Source of the DNA: an uncultured virus (IMG/VR IMGVR_UViG_3300030107_004098)
Taxonomy: Duplodnaviria > Heunggongvirae > Uroviricota > Caudoviricetes
Length of the DNA stretch: 64,000 nt
Direction: 5' to 3' (one strand)
Virus record (IMG/VR): IMGVR_UViG_3300030107_004098
The translations under genes and the position numbers were made by a program. The stretch's first letter is position 1. Every line of letters begins with the position of its first letter. The notes below the pieces were generated by a model. The model worked only from the letters and a program-made list of their open reading frames with translations, made no database searches and was not told the origin of the DNA. Shown here piece after piece: positions 1 to 9,884 of the stretch.

Positions 1-411
1 CTTTCGGATTCTTTCTTTTAGTGACTGAATTGCTGGAATTTCTTCTACGATTTCTTCTACTACTTCTTCTAATACATCTTCTACAGATGTTTTAGTTTCA
101 GGAGCGTGACGCATAATTCCACCAATGTCTACTTCTGCCTCATCTAATACTTGGCTAACCATACTTCTAATATAAATAGAAGCACTCTCAATAAATTTTT
201 CTTTAATGAAGGTCTGCATCTCTGTATCAAAAAACCTGTATATACTTAGCAAGTCAGCACTATTAAAACATTCAAGTGCTAAATTTTCAGATATACGTTC
301 TATATCTAATACATCTCTTACAGACCATTTCTTTTCAGCAATTAATTTCATCAAATGTTGTTCTATATCTTCCCCTTTGTAACTTTCAAGTTCACCAGAA
401 GTCATATCCAT
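1..411 (-). CDS. hypothetical protein, runs off window start
   Basis: Read manually: GGAGG RBS, ATG at 411, open frame MDMTSGELESYKGEDIEQHL... to base 1. Confidence 0.65.
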   Translation of the reverse strand, partial: MDMTSGELESYKGEDIEQHLMKLIAEKKWSVRDVLDIERISENLALECFNSADLLSIYRFFDTEMQTFIKEKFIESASIYIRSMVSQVLDEAEVDIGGIMRHAPETKTSVEDVLEEVVEEIVEEIPAIQSLKERIRK

Positions 412-1294
412 TACCTCCACCTACTGCTTCACAATGGTCGTAATGTCCACAGTGAACACACTTTTTAATAAAGAAATCAGCAGGGAACTCATTAGCCTTA
501 TAGTGTGCAATCAATTTATCAATTGACCTTAACACGGCAGTTGAAGTTCTCTTAGAAGCCTTTTCTCCATAAACATAATTTGAGGCAGGGTAAAACCAAC
601 CCCAATGTGTAATATCAATATTAGGGTCTAACCCTAACTTTATCTTTTGTTCATCGTCTGCACATTCATATAATAGTTTATAGAAAGCCATTTCTTTACG
701 CATCATAGTTTTCTTTGAATCCTTCCATGCTCCTGTCTTTAATTCAAAAGGTAAATAACCTCCGTCTTCTAAAAACATTCTATCTATAATACCTTGTAAA
801 TGAACAGTTACTCCGTCATCAGTAGTAAATCTACCATCTAACATAATTTCATTACCAACGGGTATATAGTTGCCCAAAGCATTTTCTTCTATAGATTCCA
901 TTAATCTTTCTACATCGTATGCAGCCATAGCCGTATATATTTGTTCATATGAATCATCCTTTGCTTCACCATAAAGTTCACGAAAGTAATTTACCGCGTC
1001 CATAGGGTTAGCAACTAATGTTTGTGCTTTCTTAATATCTACATCATCCCAGAACTTTTCTCTTGCATCATGAATATGTGTTCCTTTTAACATAGCATCT
1101 GATGTAGCCTGTTTAATATTATCTATATATCCATACTTGTAGTTTAATCTACAAAATCCAAAAGAACCGAGAGACGATTTTGTTATCTTAAGCATTGGAC
1201 CATCCTCATCATTAGGATTCCAATTGTAAGTATATATTCCGTTTTCTGTTCTCATTCTATATTCCTTCTTATAATTTGGTTGTGGAAGCCTCAA
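392..1294 (-). CDS. Cas4/AddB-like PD-(D/E)xK exonuclease with Fe-S cysteines
   Basis: N-terminal Cys (FGFCR), GTHIH, GIIDR, ELKTG, C-terminal CxxCxxxxxC; true start may be MRTENG (~1255). Confidence 0.8.
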   Translation of the reverse strand: MRLPQPNYKKEYRMRTENGIYTYNWNPNDEDGPMLKITKSSLGSFGFCRLNYKYGYIDNIKQATSDAMLKGTHIHDAREKFWDDVDIKKAQTLVANPMDAVNYFRELYGEAKDDSYEQIYTAMAAYDVERLMESIEENALGNYIPVGNEIMLDGRFTTDDGVTVHLQGIIDRMFLEDGGYLPFELKTGAWKDSKKTMMRKEMAFYKLLYECADDEQKIKLGLDPNIDITHWGWFYPASNYVYGEKASKRTSTAVLRSIDKLIAHYKANEFPADFFIKKCVHCGHYDHCEAVGGGNGYDFW

Positions 1295-1809
1295 TATACT
1301 ACTTCCGTTGTTTGCTTTGCGCGCTTTATCGCGTTCAATTTTTTTAGTTCGTCGATTAATGCGCTGGCCTCCCTACGAGTTAATCCCAAAGGAACTTCCC
1401 CGCCTAATTTTTTAATGTATTTAATTTGTTTTTCTGTTGGTTCTAGTTCTGCATTATCTTCTGCTACTTCTTTAGCGTCTAATTTCTTTCTAATCATAGA
1501 AGCCGTAGTTAAATCATGGCATTGTTTACATAATTCAATTACATTACCTCTAAGTTTAATAAAGTGATGTAAACCTTCTTCTTTACATCTATGTTGGGAG
1601 ATAATATGGTGCCATTCAGTATAGCCTTCTGAACCGCATATCTGGCATTCACCTGTTTTATCCCATAATTCCCCTTCTTGTGAAAGAAGGTTATCTAACG
1701 TTTCTTGTCTAACGTTAACTGTTTCTCTTGCTTTTTCTAAGGCTTCTACGGCCTTCATAATACTCTTTCTATATGTTTTTGTTTTTCCCATTTTACCACC
1801 ATTCATCAA
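1291..1809 (-). CDS. HNH endonuclease-domain protein
   Basis: CQICG..EWHHII..NVIELCKQCH motif. Confidence 0.75.
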   Translation of the reverse strand: MMNGGKMGKTKTYRKSIMKAVEALEKARETVNVRQETLDNLLSQEGELWDKTGECQICGSEGYTEWHHIISQHRCKEEGLHHFIKLRGNVIELCKQCHDLTTASMIRKKLDAKEVAEDNAELEPTEKQIKYIKKLGGEVPLGLTRREASALIDELKKLNAIKRAKQTTEVVY

Positions 1810-4246
1810 TAGTTGTTTGGATTCCTACTTCAGATATATTCTGAAGGTTCCACCCTAAACTCTCATAAATTAATGTTACTTTCTTAACTACCTCTGATTC
1901 AGCCAAAGAAGCCCAATCAGGAGGATAGTCGTTAATGACTTCATCAATACGTTTACACGCGATGTAGTCAACCGGTCTTGTTCTTTCCCCTACCATAAAT
2001 GTTCGTGCTTTTTTAAGGCTACGGTTATCACAACGATAGAAGTAATAACTATCACCCACTGCTATAGTCCCAATACCACTATTGTATACTTTAACTCCTG
2101 CAACGCCACCTGCTAATACCTTATATTCATCTAACTCCTTACGTAGCCTAGAACGTTTAGCAATAGTATTCATATCTACTTCACCATTCTTTAATAGGTT
2201 ATAATTTTCTTTACAAAAAGTAGTAACTTCTTTTTCTACTACACCCGATGCAACCATCTTTAGTGTAGTTAATTGAACATTCTTAGCAAATGCTGTTTCA
2301 TTACTTTTCTTTGCTTCAAAACCCATCATGAAGAAATTATCCTCTTCCAGATATTTACCATCTTTCCATGATAGATAACCACAGTATCTATTTTTCTTCT
2401 TAGATAAGAAGAATGATTTAGCAAACTTTTCAAACTCCAAAGTCACGAAATCATTGAACACGTCGTTTCTTAAATGTAAATTTAATTTACCGCACAATTC
2501 TTGTGATTCTTCCGGATTCTCTACAATTACAAATATAGAATCTGTGTGTCCATAAATAACTTCATAACCTAATTTTTGTGCTTCAAATGCAACACTTCTC
2601 ATAGCGTGTCGGGCTGATGCTGTAATTGCTGCGGCCATTTCCATATCGCCCCAACCATAACCATCTTTAGCCAATACACCATAAAGAGCATTAACTACAC
2701 GCTTAGTAGCCATTTGAGCAGAATCCCATTTACGCTTATCTTCATCCGTAGTAGCATTCTTTAATTCCCTCTTGTATTCGTCTCGCAGAATCATTAACCC
2801 AATAACACACCTAGGTAGTAGGCCAAGTGGTTCCTTTTTGAAACCAACATTACATTGTTCTACTTCTCTATCAAATTCACCTAGATTCTTAGGTGTTCCA
2901 AAATATATCTTGTTACACGTATCGTCTGGCTTTAATGTCTTAGTTTCCCATGAGATATTATTCGCCGCCATCATAGATGGGTAAAGAGATTTAAAATCAA
3001 ATACAGCAACATTCTCATGTAAACCATATGTATTTTCATAGTCAGGGTCCATAACGAATGCCGCTTCGTATTTTTCTTTATTACCTTTAATACCTGTTGG
3101 TGCTATCCAGTCAGCGTGTTTCATAAAATACGAAGCACCCATTTGACTATTATAGAATACACATTCAAACGGGCAAATTAGCAATCTTTGTAGTGCTAAA
3201 TCGTTTTCACTAATACGCATCTTCTCATCCATTTCTACCATTAGTTTAACGTCAACATAGTTATACTCAAGAAATACTTCTGTATCTTCTAACCAAGCAC
3301 GACGGAAAAACTCATCTCCTTCAAACTTAGATTTCTTTACTTTACCACCTGCATCTTCACCAAGTAGTGCTTTAGAACAGTATTCAAGTGAAAGAGATGG
3401 TAGGGTTCCACGTTGAGAATCTAACCACAATCTTTCAAATCTAGTCATTAGACAATAAGTAATTCTACCCTTAATAGGTTGGGCAGTATTAGTATATTGT
3501 GTTCTAGGTGTTTTTGTTAAATCTGTATATACTCCAGTGACCTCATCAAAAGGACTTAACCTTCTAGCGTTAATATTGTTACTACACATATTTTGTATAA
3601 TAACCGGAATATCGAAACCTAAAACATACCACCCAATAATCATATCGGGGTCTTGTTGAATACATTGTCTTAGAAATGCCCTAAGCATCAATGTTTCATT
3701 TTCATAGATTTCAACATTAACATCGTCTCCAGCCCATTCATTAACTAATTCCCTTTCCTCTGGAAACCAAGTATATACAGTATACATTTTAGTATAACTA
3801 TCATATACAGTAATAGCATTAATCTGTTTATAGTCACGTCCACTTGTTGTTTCAATATCAAGATACCATTTTCGCAAGTTATATTCTTTAACTGAATCCA
3901 TATTATCTACACAATATTGTCTAGCCAAAGATACATCTGCTCCGTATGTTCTAATAGCATTTTGATGAAAATGGTCCTTTAACCAATACACTTCATTTCT
4001 AGAACTAAGTGTAATCTTAAGTAGAGCATCACCATTAAGATTTTTCTTCTTAGTTGTATCTATTCTAGGTCTAAGTAATTTTTCTTGGCCCCAGTGTCTG
4101 TAAGTATATACTTTCTTTAACTTACTATAATCCTTAGATTCAACATAGAAATAGTGTCTATAGTCATCAATACTATCAGTCACTCTTTGATTTTGTGGAT
4201 TCCTCCACCTTAACTTCACTTTGTCTCTTACCTCTGTAATTATCAT
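1793..4246 (-). CDS. polB: family B DNA polymerase
   Basis: Exo I YLDIET, DFKSLYPS, KRVVNALYG, YGHTDS, KKNRY; C-terminal PIP box QTTIDEWW. Confidence 0.97.
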   Translation of the reverse strand: MIITEVRDKVKLRWRNPQNQRVTDSIDDYRHYFYVESKDYSKLKKVYTYRHWGQEKLLRPRIDTTKKKNLNGDALLKITLSSRNEVYWLKDHFHQNAIRTYGADVSLARQYCVDNMDSVKEYNLRKWYLDIETTSGRDYKQINAITVYDSYTKMYTVYTWFPEERELVNEWAGDDVNVEIYENETLMLRAFLRQCIQQDPDMIIGWYVLGFDIPVIIQNMCSNNINARRLSPFDEVTGVYTDLTKTPRTQYTNTAQPIKGRITYCLMTRFERLWLDSQRGTLPSLSLEYCSKALLGEDAGGKVKKSKFEGDEFFRRAWLEDTEVFLEYNYVDVKLMVEMDEKMRISENDLALQRLLICPFECVFYNSQMGASYFMKHADWIAPTGIKGNKEKYEAAFVMDPDYENTYGLHENVAVFDFKSLYPSMMAANNISWETKTLKPDDTCNKIYFGTPKNLGEFDREVEQCNVGFKKEPLGLLPRCVIGLMILRDEYKRELKNATTDEDKRKWDSAQMATKRVVNALYGVLAKDGYGWGDMEMAAAITASARHAMRSVAFEAQKLGYEVIYGHTDSIFVIVENPEESQELCGKLNLHLRNDVFNDFVTLEFEKFAKSFFLSKKKNRYCGYLSWKDGKYLEEDNFFMMGFEAKKSNETAFAKNVQLTTLKMVASGVVEKEVTTFCKENYNLLKNGEVDMNTIAKRSRLRKELDEYKVLAGGVAGVKVYNSGIGTIAVGDSYYFYRCDNRSLKKARTFMVGERTRPVDYIACKRIDEVINDYPPDWASLAESEVVKKVTLIYESLGWNLQNISEVGIQTTIDEWW

Positions 4247-4487
4247 ATATTTCTCCTTCCTGTCCTTCGTTATGTATCTTCATTAACGGCGAAGATATAC
4301 CGTTTCCCCAACTATCATATGTTTCTAATATCCTAATTGTTGGATATGTTTTATCTTTTGCTGCCTTATTTCTAAGAACTATATGATGTGCTTTATTCTT
4401 AGAAAGATAAGCACCCATGTAAAGACATTCATAATCCATATCATTATATCTAAACATTATTGGGGCATTATAATCAATATGATTCAT
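4176..4487 (-). CDS. hypothetical protein
   Basis: ORF in co-oriented run with upstream RBS. Confidence 0.55.
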   Translation of the reverse strand: MNHIDYNAPIMFRYNDMDYECLYMGAYLSKNKAHHIVLRNKAAKDKTYPTIRILETYDSWGNGISSPLMKIHNEGQEGEIYDNYRGKRQSEVKVEESTKSKSD

Positions 4488-4594
4488 TCTTCCTCACCTT
4501 CAAAACATTCAGTGCAAAAATCACCATCAATTAATTCATCCCAATCTAAGGGTTTACCACAAATAGTGCATTCGTAGGTTTTTATTTTTACCAT
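4484..4594 (-). CDS. small zinc-finger protein (36 aa)
   Basis: Read manually: MVKIKTYECTICGKPLDWDELIDGDFCTECFEGEEE; fills gap with overlapping start/stop. Confidence 0.6.
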   Translation of the reverse strand: MVKIKTYECTICGKPLDWDELIDGDFCTECFEGEEE

Positions 4595-4818
4595 AATGGG
4601 TCTTCAACTCCCGGCATTCCAATTACCCATTGAAGAGATTTAACAACACCACGTAGGGCATTATAATTTCTAACTGCTTCTGCAATATCTGCTCGCGGGT
4701 ATTTGTTATCGGGATTTAAACTATTATGTTCTTTCATTTCTAAAAGATAAGCCTCCCATTCATCCCTTAATCGTTTTGCTTCTCTCATCATTTCTCTTAC
4801 TTCTCTGTTGTCTTTCAT
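4588..4818 (-). CDS. hypothetical protein
   Basis: ORF in tightly packed run. Confidence 0.65.
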   Translation of the reverse strand: MKDNREVREMMREAKRLRDEWEAYLLEMKEHNSLNPDNKYPRADIAEAVRNYNALRGVVKSLQWVIGMPGVEDPLW

Positions 4819-4819
4819 A

Positions 4820-5062
4820 TTAATCTCTCATTAAACTTAGATATTCATTAAAAGGAATATCTTTATCTTCGGAAAGCATATCGTTTCTAAGCATATCACA
4901 ATATACTATTAATTCAGAAAAGGATATGTGTTTTTCTAGTTCTTCTGTTTCAATTATTTCACATAATTTGTCTTCTAGTTTCTTACAAGAATTACATATT
5001 GGTATTCTTTGTATTCTAGAAGTTCTAGATTCAGTGTTACCACCTTTACATAGGTTACACAT
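4820..5062 (-). CDS. hypothetical CxxC-CxxC protein
   Basis: CNLC...CNSC; coupled to neighbours. Confidence 0.6.
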   Translation of the reverse strand: MCNLCKGGNTESRTSRIQRIPICNSCKKLEDKLCEIIETEELEKHISFSELIVYCDMLRNDMLSEDKDIPFNEYLSLMRD

Positions 5063-5292
5063 TACTCTTCCTCCAACTCTAATAGGTCTACGGTTCTTTC
5101 GTCTAATATCATTTGTTGAATTAGAGCATCAATAATAGCCATCTGTCCTAGAATATATGCTATCTTTTCTTCTGTTGTTTCTATCTTAAGGTCTTTGTGT
5201 CTCATGTATTCTTCCATAGAAGAACACCCCACAATTCTCAATAACTGTCTCAATTCATTCTGTAGTGGTTGTACAAATTCTAATAAATTCAT
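5062..5292 (-). CDS. hypothetical protein
   Basis: Translationally coupled ORF. Confidence 0.6.
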   Translation of the reverse strand: MNLLEFVQPLQNELRQLLRIVGCSSMEEYMRHKDLKIETTEEKIAYILGQMAIIDALIQQMILDERTVDLLELEEE

Positions 5293-6035
5293 GTTCTTAG
5301 CCTCGGCGCTCTTAGTATCATAACATCATTTGTCTTAAATAAAATTGGGTTGTCTGTGTTTGTTGCTATAGTTAAATCTCCTGTTAAGAACTTATGGAAT
5401 GGCCCAACATATTCCATAAGCGCAGAACCGGCAGGTTCGGATAAAGTAATTAACTCCATATAGTTTTCACTATTAGTAGTAGAAGATACCAATAACCTAT
5501 TTTCATCAATTGTTATTTGGTATATTCCACTACCTACTTTTTCACACATCTTAACTGCATCAGAAAACTTCTTACTTGTTGTTTTTGCTACAGAACGTAA
5601 GGTTGTTTTATTACTAATAGCAAACCCTTCATCGTTTTCTATATCACCGCTAAGGTTTCTTACGCTCCTTAAAATATTATCTGCAAATGGGTGTCTTTCT
5701 AATGTTCGAAAAAAAGATTTTGTTTCAGTGTTACCACTTATAGAAAACTGTCCGTTATCTACCCTTAAAGTAACAGAACCATTTCGCATGTATTTCATAG
5801 CAATTGAAGCATCAATTACTACGTTATTTAACGACGTTATATTAGCAGCAGTAATTTTACTCCAAACAAAAGTAGAATTGTCTGCATTAGCAATATTTAG
5901 TTTTCTTTCATCCGTCCATATCATAATTTCATTTCCTAAAGAACTGTTTTTTGTTGTAGAGCCTACGGCCCATTTACCTTTACAAATAACAGTTTCTATC
6001 GCTTTCTTTAAATCTTTACAATTTACTGTCGTCAT
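5289..6035 (-). CDS. pcn: PCNA-like sliding clamp
   Basis: 248 aa, clamp-like alpha/beta pattern, terminal NPILF...ILRAPR, near PolB with PIP box. Confidence 0.75.
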   Translation of the reverse strand: MTTVNCKDLKKAIETVICKGKWAVGSTTKNSSLGNEIMIWTDERKLNIANADNSTFVWSKITAANITSLNNVVIDASIAMKYMRNGSVTLRVDNGQFSISGNTETKSFFRTLERHPFADNILRSVRNLSGDIENDEGFAISNKTTLRSVAKTTSKKFSDAVKMCEKVGSGIYQITIDENRLLVSSTTNSENYMELITLSEPAGSALMEYVGPFHKFLTGDLTIATNTDNPILFKTNDVMILRAPRLRT

Positions 6036-6053
6036 TTAATCACCTAAAAAGTG

Positions 6054-6080
6054 GAGCAGTTTTATGACTTACTCAGGTCT
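6054..6080 (-). ncRNA. small H-type RNA pseudoknot, family A copy 1
   Basis: GAC-CUGAGUAA-GUC-AUAAAA-CUGCUC; near-identical copy at 27817-27843 with compensatory change. Confidence 0.55.
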
Positions 6081-6087
6081 ATACAAA

Positions 6088-7002
6088 TTAAAGAGTTCCG
6101 TCTTTGATTTGTGGAAGGCCATGCCAAGTTACTTGGCCGCCTTCGTTTTCCATAATTAAGAATTTTTGTCCTAGATTCTCTGCATTCGTCTTTGACTTCT
6201 TTACTGTAGCATATAATTTAAGAGATTTACCTCGTTCTTCACGACTCATCTCAATATACTGAAACAGTTTTGCAGTTGTGGACTTCTCCCAATCTGGCTT
6301 AGTTCCTACAATTTCAAACCCATCATGAACTTCTTTCATATGTGTAATAAAGAACTTATGGCATTTAAGTTGTAGGGCTGCTTGAAATAATCTTTTATAC
6401 ATAGCATTTCTAGCATACCATTGAGTAGGAACCATCTTGACTTTATCAGCCTGTCGAGGGTCACCACCCTTAATATGATTTAACCTAGCAATCATATTTG
6501 TTGTATCTAACCATGAATCGAGTCCATCAAAGATAATAGCCTTTACTGCTTCTACCTCTACTACTTCATCCTCGTATTCAATCTTCCCAGTTTCAATTGC
6601 TTCATTAACCATAGCCATGAAAAATCGAGACATATCTGCCGTCTTCTCATAATCTACGGTCATATCTTCATTGTAAACATATGGGTTAAAGATAACAACC
6701 TTTTCATCAGAACTCCAATGTTGTCTCCATGTGGGTTCAGCACCTTCATCGTAATCTAATACGAATATCCAATGTGAATCTAATTCATCATCTGTTCGAC
6801 AATCAAGACAAGTTCCTGTTTTACCATCACCGGGATTTCCGCTAACGCCACAAACAAGATAAGCCTGTTCTTGTTCTAACAGATTCTTTCTTTGATTCAT
6901 GGCTCGCATCTTTGCCGCCTTAAATGAATTACTATTTAAGTTATCATTTGCCTTCTGTAATACAGAACCTGCGGCTTTACCTGATTTACTTCCAATACCC
7001 AT
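6088..7002 (-). CDS. RecA/Sak4-like P-loop ATPase
   Basis: Walker A GNPGDGKT, Walker B IIFDGLD, FITH. Confidence 0.75.
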   Translation of the reverse strand: MGIGSKSGKAAGSVLQKANDNLNSNSFKAAKMRAMNQRKNLLEQEQAYLVCGVSGNPGDGKTGTCLDCRTDDELDSHWIFVLDYDEGAEPTWRQHWSSDEKVVIFNPYVYNEDMTVDYEKTADMSRFFMAMVNEAIETGKIEYEDEVVEVEAVKAIIFDGLDSWLDTTNMIARLNHIKGGDPRQADKVKMVPTQWYARNAMYKRLFQAALQLKCHKFFITHMKEVHDGFEIVGTKPDWEKSTTAKLFQYIEMSREERGKSLKLYATVKKSKTNAENLGQKFLIMENEGGQVTWHGLPQIKDGTL

Positions 7003-7211
7003 TACTCCACCACCTTAACTTGTGTAGCGTATTGCTCCTTAATTGTATTAAGGTCTTTTTCACTAACTTGGCGGGTATACATTTTACCGCTAGTTGTGTG
7101 AAGTCGAAGAGAGTATTGTCCTTTTTCTTCTTCTAACTCTTTCCATTCTAAACTTTCTACCTTTCCAAAATCAACTACTAATTGATTCAATTTTACTATC
7201 ATTTCTTTCAC
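7002..7211 (-). CDS. hypothetical protein
   Basis: GGTGA RBS; coupled to ATPase gene. Confidence 0.6.
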   Translation of the reverse strand: MKEMIVKLNQLVVDFGKVESLEWKELEEEKGQYSLRLHTTSGKMYTRQVSEKDLNTIKEQYATQVKVVE

Positions 7212-7329
7212 CTTGTTTTGGGCTTCGCACCCAATTGACCGTCATTCGCCAACGATTACACGTTAAAGTTTCCATACCTTAGTGGCTTGCACTACTTTGT
7301 GTGCTACCAATGTATAATCTGTTTTCTTC

Positions 7330-8613
7330 TCACCAATAATCAATACTGTTTTCTTCATCAACAGTTTCGGGAGCATCAGGATTTCCTAATGCTACTCTTG
7401 GTAATACACCATATAGATTAATTGAAACTGGGTTCCATTCATCTTCTAGGGTATTTCCGTTCTCATCTTTCTTCTGTGTTTGATTTGTTCTACCAATAAT
7501 GATAACATCTGAACCAACACCGAAGTCAATATTTAGATAAGAAGGAACCCAAACTGGAGTAGAATCAGGAACATCATCTGACTCAAAGCCATAGTTTGCT
7601 TCTGCTGATTCAATCCACATAGTTCTGTTTCCAGTTCTTTCGTTAGGAGTAAGATTCATACTGCTAACAATACCATCAGTAATTACCAACTTCATACCCG
7701 GTTCGTTACGAATAGAATCGTGATAGTCCTCAATTTCTAATAGGTCTGCGATGTATTCTCCCATATTATCTACTAACAAATCTTCCATAGAAAGTTTATC
7801 AGTATTGATGTGTTCATCTGATTCAGGGTCTAGTGAATCATTGTATAGTAATGACTCAAGAGTTTTACCACGAATACCGTATACTGCATTTCTGTCTTCA
7901 TTGAATAATCCGAATAGGTGAACCCATCGGAATGTATCACAATTAAAGTTCTTGGCCGCATCATTCTTTAGTCCTAAAGTCCAATACTGAAATTCACCAT
8001 CTTCCTTTCGACCTACAAAATGCGCTCTTAGCCTATATTCTTCTGCTGGTAGAGGCTTACCGTATCGAGGGTTTGCATCACCACTTCCGAATGATTTAAT
8101 GTTATCAAGTGGAACAATCCACTTAGCATCATCTTCTGTTCCAACTTCCATAGCGGAATTAGGAACTTCGGGGATATTCTTTGTATCAACATCTCCGTTT
8201 ATGATTTGTGACTTTTCAAATACGCCAGCAGATACTTCTGTAATTTCAGCAATATCTCCCGCGTTGAAAACTTCACTTGGATTTGCATTATATCGAGACA
8301 TAATGTTACGTCGTCTCCATTCTTGCACATCTCTCGCTTGTTCTACACCAACTAAGAAACCAAAACCTTGATTCCCAAAGGTGCTTTTACTAGATGACTT
8401 AGAGCGTAAAGCCCCACGAATAAAATTACGCGTCAATGTTAACGCAATCATACCCGACCGAGGTTGCTCCATATCTAGGTTATTTTGTGTAGCAATTTCA
8501 TTATATTTTGCTACAATTTGTTCTTCATTCATACTAACTCTATTTCCTAATGCTTTCAATTCTTCCAATACTCTTTCTTGCACTGTGTTCACTTCCGTTA
8601 TTTTTTCTTTCAT
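7330..8613 (-). CDS. putative ssDNA-binding (RPA/OB-fold-like) replication protein
   Basis: Beta-rich OB-like C-terminal part (GIVSSM...FGVGSDVIIIGR), acidic tail ending SIDYW, next to Sak4-like ATPase; fold inferred. Confidence 0.5.
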   Translation of the reverse strand: MKEKITEVNTVQERVLEELKALGNRVSMNEEQIVAKYNEIATQNNLDMEQPRSGMIALTLTRNFIRGALRSKSSSKSTFGNQGFGFLVGVEQARDVQEWRRRNIMSRYNANPSEVFNAGDIAEITEVSAGVFEKSQIINGDVDTKNIPEVPNSAMEVGTEDDAKWIVPLDNIKSFGSGDANPRYGKPLPAEEYRLRAHFVGRKEDGEFQYWTLGLKNDAAKNFNCDTFRWVHLFGLFNEDRNAVYGIRGKTLESLLYNDSLDPESDEHINTDKLSMEDLLVDNMGEYIADLLEIEDYHDSIRNEPGMKLVITDGIVSSMNLTPNERTGNRTMWIESAEANYGFESDDVPDSTPVWVPSYLNIDFGVGSDVIIIGRTNQTQKKDENGNTLEDEWNPVSINLYGVLPRVALGNPDAPETVDEENSIDYW

Positions 8614-8656
8614 AAACCGAAGGCATTAAGCCTCCGTCTACTGTTTTCTTAACGAC

Positions 8657-8679
8657 TAGAGGGTATATTAAACCCTCTA
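8657..8679 (-). promoter_or_regulatory. TATA box enclosed in inverted repeat
   Basis: TAGAGGG-tatattaaa-CCCTCTA about 45 nt upstream of the 8613 start. Confidence 0.5.
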
Positions 8680-8715
8680 ACTTATTTGTTTGCTCATTTT
8701 GCACAATTATCTCTT

Positions 8716-8958
8716 TCATTCTTCTTCATCATGTAGGCGATAAATTATCCCATAACGACTTTTACGAACCGCTATGTATTTTTTCTGTGCTTTCAGGTAA
8801 TGGCAAATTTTTCTATGTTCGGGAACATAAATAGTTGATTTATTACCTGTATCAAACCATCTATTCATTATTTCATCAAGAACTTGTCTTGCTGTTCTTT
8901 CCCGTTTATCTTCCATAACTAAATCTATATATCGTTCAGAATATTGTCGTCTTCCCAC
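8716..8958 (-). CDS. winged-HTH-like DNA-binding protein
   Basis: RTARQVLDEI...YVPEHRKICHYLK...IYRL pattern. Confidence 0.5.
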   Translation of the reverse strand: MGRRQYSERYIDLVMEDKRERTARQVLDEIMNRWFDTGNKSTIYVPEHRKICHYLKAQKKYIAVRKSRYGIIYRLHDEEE

Positions 8959-9110
8959 GACAAACCCTCCTTAATATAAACTTCTTTAGGTGTTAAGTCA
9001 TCATTATAATAATCACGTAATACCTTGTATCTAATTTTATTTTCTCTCTTTTTAGGAATATAACCTATCCATTTATTAAATGAATAACCACATCCTTTTC
9101 TTATATCCAT
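8925..9110 (-). CDS. hypothetical protein
   Basis: AAGGAG RBS upstream. Confidence 0.5.
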   Translation of the reverse strand: MDIRKGCGYSFNKWIGYIPKKRENKIRYKVLRDYYNDDLTPKEVYIKEGLSWEDDNILNDI

Positions 9111-9129
9111 TGATTATTCTCCTTAAGTG

Positions 9130-9179
9130 GGAGAGTAGATTAACGACACAATAGCCTCTTTTCGTTAATCTCTCAACCC
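9130..9179. other. strong intergenic stem-loop
   Basis: GAGTAGATTAACGA...TCGTTAATCTCTC inverted repeat. Confidence 0.55.
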
Positions 9180-9214
9180 AAATATAAAAACTATTTAATA
9201 CTTAATATACTTAT

Positions 9215-9610
9215 TCACTCTTTTGCGTCTCTTATCATCCACTTAAGAGTTTCTAGACCATCATCAGTTTTATGTTTATCTTCATTTACTTCATGTAAAA
9301 AGTCCTTCAATAGTTTCCAATGATGTTCATTACCCTTTGGAAATACTTCAGGAATTTCTCCCCATAAGTTTAACAAATTAAGTAATGAATCTCTACTAGT
9401 AATAGCGAGAACTGCTCCAGTATTCTGATGTTGAATATTAGATTCAACTTCATACTGTTTCAATGTCTCAGATAAAGGAGTTAAAAACTCCGTTCTTCCC
9501 CTCAATAATACTTGAGTCCTAATAATTGTTTTACCCTCACCACCATAAATAGCAGTGAAAGGTTTTCCTAAACACATAAATATTCCTTTTATTTCATCTT
9601 TTGTATACAT
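9215..9610 (-). CDS. degenerate single-domain LAGLIDADG-fold protein
   Basis: IKGIFMCLG in place of LAGLIDADG; C-terminal KHKTDDGLETL typical of LAGLIDADG_1 nucleases. Confidence 0.5.
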   Translation of the reverse strand: MYTKDEIKGIFMCLGKPFTAIYGGEGKTIIRTQVLLRGRTEFLTPLSETLKQYEVESNIQHQNTGAVLAITSRDSLLNLLNLWGEIPEVFPKGNEHHWKLLKDFLHEVNEDKHKTDDGLETLKWMIRDAKE

Positions 9611-9847
9611 TTATACACCGCCGTAATTTTCAGCGCGTTCTTCTACATGTTCATGATATTTTTCATGACCTAATAGAAATAATCCTGCCTCTTTTTTATT
9701 ACCAATAAAAGATTCTAAGCAGACAGGGCAGGTAACTTTAACCATTTCTGCTTCAAAATATACTCCAATATCAGTTGCGTAAGTAACAATTTCACCTTCT
9801 GTGAATAAATGTTCTGGACCCCAATCATCCCAAGTAATATTAATCAC
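9611..9847 (-). CDS. C2H2-like zinc-finger protein
   Basis: CPVC...GHEKYH. Confidence 0.55.
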   Translation of the reverse strand: MINITWDDWGPEHLFTEGEIVTYATDIGVYFEAEMVKVTCPVCLESFIGNKKEAGLFLLGHEKYHEHVEERAENYGGV

Positions 9848-9884
9848 CTAGTATAACATTGTCCTTACTCAAATATAAACATCA

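Noticed and set aside
392..1294. Cas4-like gene as part of a CRISPR-Cas system
   Set aside because: No array or other cas genes; stand-alone Cas4-like nucleases are common in viral replication modules
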